This document shows, piece after piece, positions 8,134 to 12,391 of a DNA stretch of 12,391 nucleotides (positions are counted from its first letter, which is position 1; each line of letters starts with the position of its first letter). The notes beneath the pieces were generated by a model, which was not told where the DNA came from, did no database searches, and saw only the letters and a program-made list of their open reading frames with translations. The stretch lies in assembly GCA_002794465.1 (NCBI GenBank), contig MTSL01000164.1, positions 1-12,391 on the forward strand, given 5' to 3'. The stretch is from Paramicrosporidium saccamoebae KSL3. Its lineage: Eukaryota > Fungi > Cryptomycota. A program made the translations under genes and the position numbers.

Positions 8134-9132
8134 CTACAAATTGGCCTTTCCAAGAATGTCCTTTTGATGCTCGCTTAGATTGACGGGAAAGGCAACCTTG
8201 GCGGTCAGAATCAGATCACCCTTCACCCGAGGGTCCTTCTGGTTGGGCATCCCCCGTCCAGGAAACCGCATCTGCTGCTCTGGCTGCGTCACATTCTTGT
8301 TAGTAACGGCCAACTCTTTCCCATCCAACGTACTAATCTTTTTGCTGAACCCTGTCAATGCTTCACCCAAATTGATGTATAATGGTGCTCGAAGATCATC
8401 CCCGTCTCTGGAATAGACGGGATGTGATTTCTCATCAATGACAAACTCGATGTCCTGGATCCGTCCATCGGGCATCTCGTCACCCTCTCCGGGGAACTTG
8501 ATCTTTGTCCCCGCCTTCCAACCCGGTTTGATCTGCACTGTCAAAATTTTTTCAGCCACAACGGGCCGCCGGCTCTGTGCGTCAATTAGCTTGCGTGCAA
8601 CTTTGAGCTTCTTTGTGCAGCCCGTGTATAGTTCCTCCAATGAGCACGGAAGTGATTTTCGCAGAACGGGTGTGGGTTGTCTTCGAAATTGGCGTCCAAA
8701 GGGACGACCAAAGTCTTCCTCTTCTTCGTCGTCGTACATGGCCGAAAAGGGATCTGCGCCGGCACCAAAAAAGTCACGAAAGATATCCTCCGCCTGTCTT
8801 GGTCGAAAACCGCGCCCACCACCCGAGGTGAAAACGAATGGCCGTCCGCCGCCATGTCGTGAGCCCTGCATTCCCTCTCCAAAGGAGAAGCCATTTGGTG
8901 GTGGTACCCCGCCCTTAAGACCCTCCTCTCCGTATTGATCATAGACGGTGCGCTTTTCCTTATCGGAAAGCACTTCGTACGCCTCAGAAACTTCTTTGAA
9001 TTTCTTCTCGGCCGCCGTCTTGTCTGGGTTGCGGTCCGGGTGCCACTTTAACGCCAACTTGCGATATGCTTTCTTGAGAGTGTCCTCATCGGCGTCACGA
9101 GGGACACCCAGCACCGAATAATAATCCACCAT
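8134..9132 (-). CDS. SIS1: Class B Hsp40/DnaJ chaperone (Sis1/DNAJB1-like), intronless, 332 aa from ATG 9132
   Basis: J domain with HPD, G/F-rich linker, C-terminal substrate-binding domain ([13 protein letters not shown]) and no zinc finger. ATG 9132 ([10 protein letters not shown]) is preferred over 9189 because a TATA box lies between the two. Confidence 0.93.
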   Translation of the reverse strand: MVDYYSVLGVPRDADEDTLKKAYRKLALKWHPDRNPDKTAAEKKFKEVSEAYEVLSDKEKRTVYDQYGEEGLKGGVPPPNGFSFGEGMQGSRHGGGRPFVFTSGGGRGFRPRQAEDIFRDFFGAGADPFSAMYDDEEEEDFGRPFGRQFRRQPTPVLRKSLPCSLEELYTGCTKKLKVARKLIDAQSRRPVVAEKILTVQIKPGWKAGTKIKFPGEGDEMPDGRIQDIEFVIDEKSHPVYSRDGDDLRAPLYINLGEALTGFSKKISTLDGKELAVTNKNVTQPEQQMRFPGRGMPNQKDPRVKGDLILTAKVAFPVNLSEHQKDILGKANL

Positions 9133-9160
9133 TGTCCTTGGATGAGAAGTAAGGGCCCCT

Positions 9161-9168
9161 TTTTTATA
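9161..9168 (-). promoter_or_regulatory. TATA box of the Hsp40 gene
   Basis: TATAAAAA on the minus strand, between the HSE and ATG 9132. Confidence 0.6.
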
Positions 9169-9200
9169 GTTATCGTTCCGTCCAATCATATTCTCCGTCG

Positions 9201-9215
9201 TTTCCAGAAAATTCC
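9201..9215. promoter_or_regulatory. Heat shock element (nTTCnnGAAnnTTCn) upstream of the Hsp40 gene
   Basis: TTC(9202)-ca-GAA(9207)-aa-TTC(9212): three perfectly phased inverted pentamers about 70-80 nt upstream of the SIS1 ATG. Confidence 0.75.
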
Positions 9216-9225
9216 GCTCCCATGA

Positions 9226-9981
9226 TCAACAAGGACAGGCGTATGAAATCTTTATCGCGTTTCCTTTGCTTGCGACTTTTCGTATAAAAAATTTTCCAAT
9301 ATCCAAAACATTCTTCACATGCGTTCCACCACATGGTCTTGGATTCGGGATGCCATTGAAGCCAATAAAACGAACCATCTCCGATGAACGCGCTTTTTCA
9401 GACAGCCTTGAATCATCCATATCTTTGCGTTGACAAAGCGTGATTGAAGTTTCATGTCCCTCTGCGATCCATTTGTTGCAGAGATCTTCAATTTTTAGCT
9501 GAATAGATGACAATCCGACAGGGCTTTTGTCAAAATTGGGATCGATTATTTCGCACTCGATGCATGGCGAATCAGGAAAATGATAGCTTTTCGTTTTCTG
9601 CAGAGGCAGGCCGAGGGCCTGTATAGCGTGATGTATTAGATGGCCAGCCGAATGAAGTCTAGCATGCAGTTTACGAGAAGGCTCATCTACTTCCAAAATT
9701 ACTTCCTCGCCCTCTGACAGGATCAAGTCGTCCTTCATTTTCCCTCGGTGCTCCACTAATCCTGTTGCATTGTTTAGCTTTACCATATCTACCACCATAC
9801 AAGCACCACTTTTGAGACTGCGAATGCATCCAATGTCGGTTGGTTGGCCGCCCCCTTGGGGATGGAAAATTGTCTCGTCTACCACCACCGTCACAGTCTT
9901 AGGGTCCATAAGTGTGACTTGCAACAAGCGTGTTGTATGAGTGAGCAGATACGTGTCTTGCTGGTAGAGAATTTTAGTCAT
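9226..9981 (-). CDS. AlaX-M type alanyl-tRNA editing protein, paralog 1 (more diverged), intronless, 251 aa
   Basis: TIFHPQGGGQPTD, HSAGH (HxxxH) and CGGTH (CxxxH) zinc ligands. The start is set at ATG 9981 by alignment with the N-terminus of the paralog. Confidence 0.9.
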   Translation of the reverse strand: MTKILYQQDTYLLTHTTRLLQVTLMDPKTVTVVVDETIFHPQGGGQPTDIGCIRSLKSGACMVVDMVKLNNATGLVEHRGKMKDDLILSEGEEVILEVDEPSRKLHARLHSAGHLIHHAIQALGLPLQKTKSYHFPDSPCIECEIIDPNFDKSPVGLSSIQLKIEDLCNKWIAEGHETSITLCQRKDMDDSRLSEKARSSEMVRFIGFNGIPNPRPCGGTHVKNVLDIGKFFIRKVASKGNAIKISYACPC

Positions 9982-9987
9982 TTTATT
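9982..9987 (-). terminator. AATAAA directly abutting the AlaX1 ATG; candidate poly(A) signal of AlaX2
   Basis: The minus strand reads TGA tggcaagggttAATAAA ATG. Confidence 0.45.
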
Positions 9988-9998
9988 AACCCTTGCCA

Positions 9999-10751
9999 TC
10001 ACTCGCACTTGTAGGCAATTCTTAATGCGTTGGCCTTGAAAGAGACTTTTTTGATCACAAAATTTCCAATTTCAGAAGTGTTAGTAACGTGCGTGCCCCC
10101 ACACGGCCCCGGGATTGGAGCTCCTTCAAAATGGACAAGTCGAACGAATTCCGCATTACGAGCTTTTTCTGGCAAGGTCTCTCTCACTGTCGTCTCGAGG
10201 TCTTCCAGTTTGCTAGTAACCACCGTTATGGGTCTTTTTTCTGCAATCATCTCGTGGGACCTGGTTTCAATGTTCTTTTTCAGTAGGTCAAGACCAGTGG
10301 AAGTAAGATCAATGTCCCCAGTGGGAATGTATTCCACATAGGGACCTGCAGGAAAATGGTACCCCTTGGTACCTTTTAATGGAATCGACAGTGACTGAAT
10401 AGCATGATCCAGCAGATGGCCGGCAGAGTGTAGTCTGGAATGCAACAAGCGGGCTGCACCGTCTACATCTAGACTCACTTCTTCGTCCACTGCAAAAATG
10501 CCCTGATCAATTACTCCTTCATGCTCAACTTGTCCAGTTTCAGGATTCATCTTTGCCATCTTTACTTTGAATAGGCCAGACTGAGACTTTATAGTGCCCA
10601 CATCTGATGGCTGGCCTCCTCCTTGAGGGTAGAATATGGTTTGGTCCAATATCATTACCGCCTTGCTATCCTCCTTTACAATATATGAGATAATTTTGGC
10701 GGTCAGAGTAAACAGGTTCATATCATTTTGATACACCAACTCGGTACGCAT
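9999..10751 (-). CDS. AlaX-M type alanyl-tRNA editing protein, paralog 2, intronless, 250 aa
   Basis: TIFYPQGGGQPSD, HSAGH, KGYHFPAGPYVEY and CGGTH. Confidence 0.92.
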   Translation of the reverse strand: MRTELVYQNDMNLFTLTAKIISYIVKEDSKAVMILDQTIFYPQGGGQPSDVGTIKSQSGLFKVKMAKMNPETGQVEHEGVIDQGIFAVDEEVSLDVDGAARLLHSRLHSAGHLLDHAIQSLSIPLKGTKGYHFPAGPYVEYIPTGDIDLTSTGLDLLKKNIETRSHEMIAEKRPITVVTSKLEDLETTVRETLPEKARNAEFVRLVHFEGAPIPGPCGGTHVTNTSEIGNFVIKKVSFKANALRIAYKCE

Positions 10752-10764
10752 CCTGCTGAAAGTA

Positions 10765-10771
10765 TGACTCA
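10765..10771. promoter_or_regulatory. Gcn4/AP-1-like site TGACTCA in the AlaX2/RFWD3 divergent promoter
   Basis: Exact TGA(C/G)TCA heptamer 14 nt upstream of the AlaX2 ATG, within a 61-nt intergenic gap. Confidence 0.4.
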
Positions 10772-10812
10772 GCGATTTGATCAGTTTATGTCAAATAAAT
10801 TATCTTAACTTG

Positions 10813-12376
10813 ATGCTGGTCGAGACTCTTGTTGAAACGGACGATGATGTGCAGTTGTTGGATAGCGACGCGTCTACTGCTAGTGAATTCGACACGAGGC
10901 CTACCAAGCGAGTATGTGCTGAGCCTGAAGTGGTCAAACCTTTGAGTGAGGAAGAGTCTGACGATGACCATTGTACCGATGGATGTCCGATTTGCTTTGA
11001 GCCGTGGTCGTCTGGAGGCTTGCATCGGGTTTGTTCTCTACGCTGCGGCCACTTGTTTGGCAAACAGTACTATTTGGGTTTGGTTTCAAGATGGTAGTTG
11101 TATAGAAACGTGGCTTAATAATGGGTCACGCTCAAAATGTCCGCAGTGCAATATGACTGCCACCAAAAAGGATATTCGCGTGTTGTATGTGAAGAGACTT
11201 ACGGCCGTGGACACTTCAGAACGTGACGATCTGTTGAAGAAACTGGAGGAGGAACGACAACTGCGAAGAAGAGTTCAAAATTCCGAGATAAAGTTGAGAC
11301 TAGCGTACAACCTAGCCCTCGCCGAGCTGAACATTCTCAAGGAAGAGTTGGTGCGAGTGCAGAGTAAAAAAATGCAAGAGAAGCAATTTCATTTGTCCGA
11401 CATTCAATTCGTACGTGCCGTCAGCACTGACTCGGCAAATCAGTTTCGTGGCATTGATTTTGACAATTACTTGGAAATGTTTGCAGTTGGCTTTAGTAAA
11501 AACACGTCGAGTGGAAAGAATTTTGGACTAGCCAAGGTTAGCTGGATGGACTCTGGACGGATTGATACAATCAACAATCTACATGGGCAACTTATCAAAT
11601 CGATCAAGTGTAGTCCTTTTGGTGATTCGACAGTGCTGACGACTGCATTTGACAGAAAACTGAAATTGTCGTCTTTACAGACTAACAGCACTTTACTGTC
11701 ATACAATCTTGATTCTCCAGGATGGAGTTGCTGCTTTGACCCCGAAGACAGGAACAACATTTTCGTGGGAATGGGCAGTGGAGAGGTGTGCATGTTTGAT
11801 ATTCGCAATACACGAGAAGCGATTTGGAAGCACTCTACGCTTTCTGTCAACGGAGCCTCGCTACCAGTACATTCCATATCAGTGGATGCATCGGAAAAGG
11901 GTCGTAGGATTATTGCAGGGAATCTTCTTGGGCCCATTTCGTTGCATGTAGACGAACAAGGACAGCTCAATGCACATACTGCAGGAGATCCCGCTCCTGG
12001 TCAATGTAGCTCCTTTGTTTCTGACAGGAAAACCAAATCATGGATCATGTCAGTTCGTGGGAACATAAATCAGCACATTCTTGGATTCTACGACACTAAT
12101 GGTTTCAATGTAAAGATCAAGTACAATTGCGAGGCGGCGCAAACTTCAATGGTTAGACCATCCATCCTTGATTTCGAAGAGCAAGCTCTAATTGCCTATC
12201 CTGATGGGCCGAATATGCGCGTATCTGTGATGAATCCAGTGGGTGAGGAGATGGGACAGATCATCTTGCGTACCAATTTTGTTTTTCCGGTTCTAGATAC
12301 TGTTCTCTGTCGTGTTAATGACAAGATTATTACGGGCTTGCTGTCAGAACGTCAACTAAATCTCTTTTCGTCATGA
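10813..12376 (+). CDS. RFWD3: RFWD3-like RING-coiled coil-WD40 E3 ubiquitin ligase; model join(10813..11066,11098..12376), 510 aa
   Basis: The spliced RING reads CPIC..HRVCSLRCGHLFGKHCIETWL..KCPQC, followed by a coiled coil and WD40 repeats (WSCCFD, FDIRNT). Confidence 0.9.
11067..11097 (+). other. Spliceosomal intron, 31 nt (RFWD3)
   Basis: GTACTA...ATGGTAG, phase 2; joins the two halves of the RING finger. Confidence 0.88.
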
Positions 12377-12391
12377 CGGAATAATTGACAA

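Noticed and set aside
8438-8938. 166-aa ORF antisense to the Hsp40 gene (and similar ORFs 11467..11970, 2388..2783)
   Set aside because: Shadow ORFs of well-supported genes with no recognisable motifs.
9133-9189. 19-aa N-terminal extension of the Hsp40 from ATG 9189
   Set aside because: That ATG lies upstream of the TATA box and so probably outside the mRNA; J-domain proteins of this class normally start at M-x-x-DYY.
10868-10873. MCB-like ACGCGT near the RFWD3 start
   Set aside because: Single copy, inside coding sequence, and expected by chance.
11411-11443. Intron-like 33-nt segment GTACGT...CTGAC...CAG in RFWD3, in frame and stop-free
   Set aside because: The translated residues FVRAVSTDSANQFR match in length the first WD strand I recall for human RFWD3 (FQKTFTVSQAGNCR), so removal would delete conserved structure.

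Overview
Extremely compact eukaryotic DNA with eight protein genes separated by only 17-114 nt and interrupted by tiny introns. The genes are: YIPF1/Yip5-type Yip1-domain protein (-), Cdc14 phosphatase (-), TBC Rab-GAP-domain protein (+), Diaphanous-type formin (+), class B Hsp40 of the Sis1/DNAJB type (-), two tandem intronless AlaX tRNA-editing proteins (-) and an RFWD3-type RING-WD40 E3 ligase (+). I rebuilt 15 introns by hand, all 29-36 nt, and every spliced CDS is a multiple of 3. The architecture suggests a reduced opisthokont, such as a Paramicrosporidium-like Rozellomycota/early microsporidian relative (inference only). The top observation is a probable 32-nt AT-AC intron in the formin (7628-7659) with major-type rather than U12-consensus signals. 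Next are a TBC domain with both catalytic fingers substituted (R to H, Q to N), a diverged AlaX-M tandem pair 17 nt apart, and an unexplained 338-nt non-coding left end with snRNA-like motifs. All splice models are predictions from sequence and recalled family motifs; no databases were searched.
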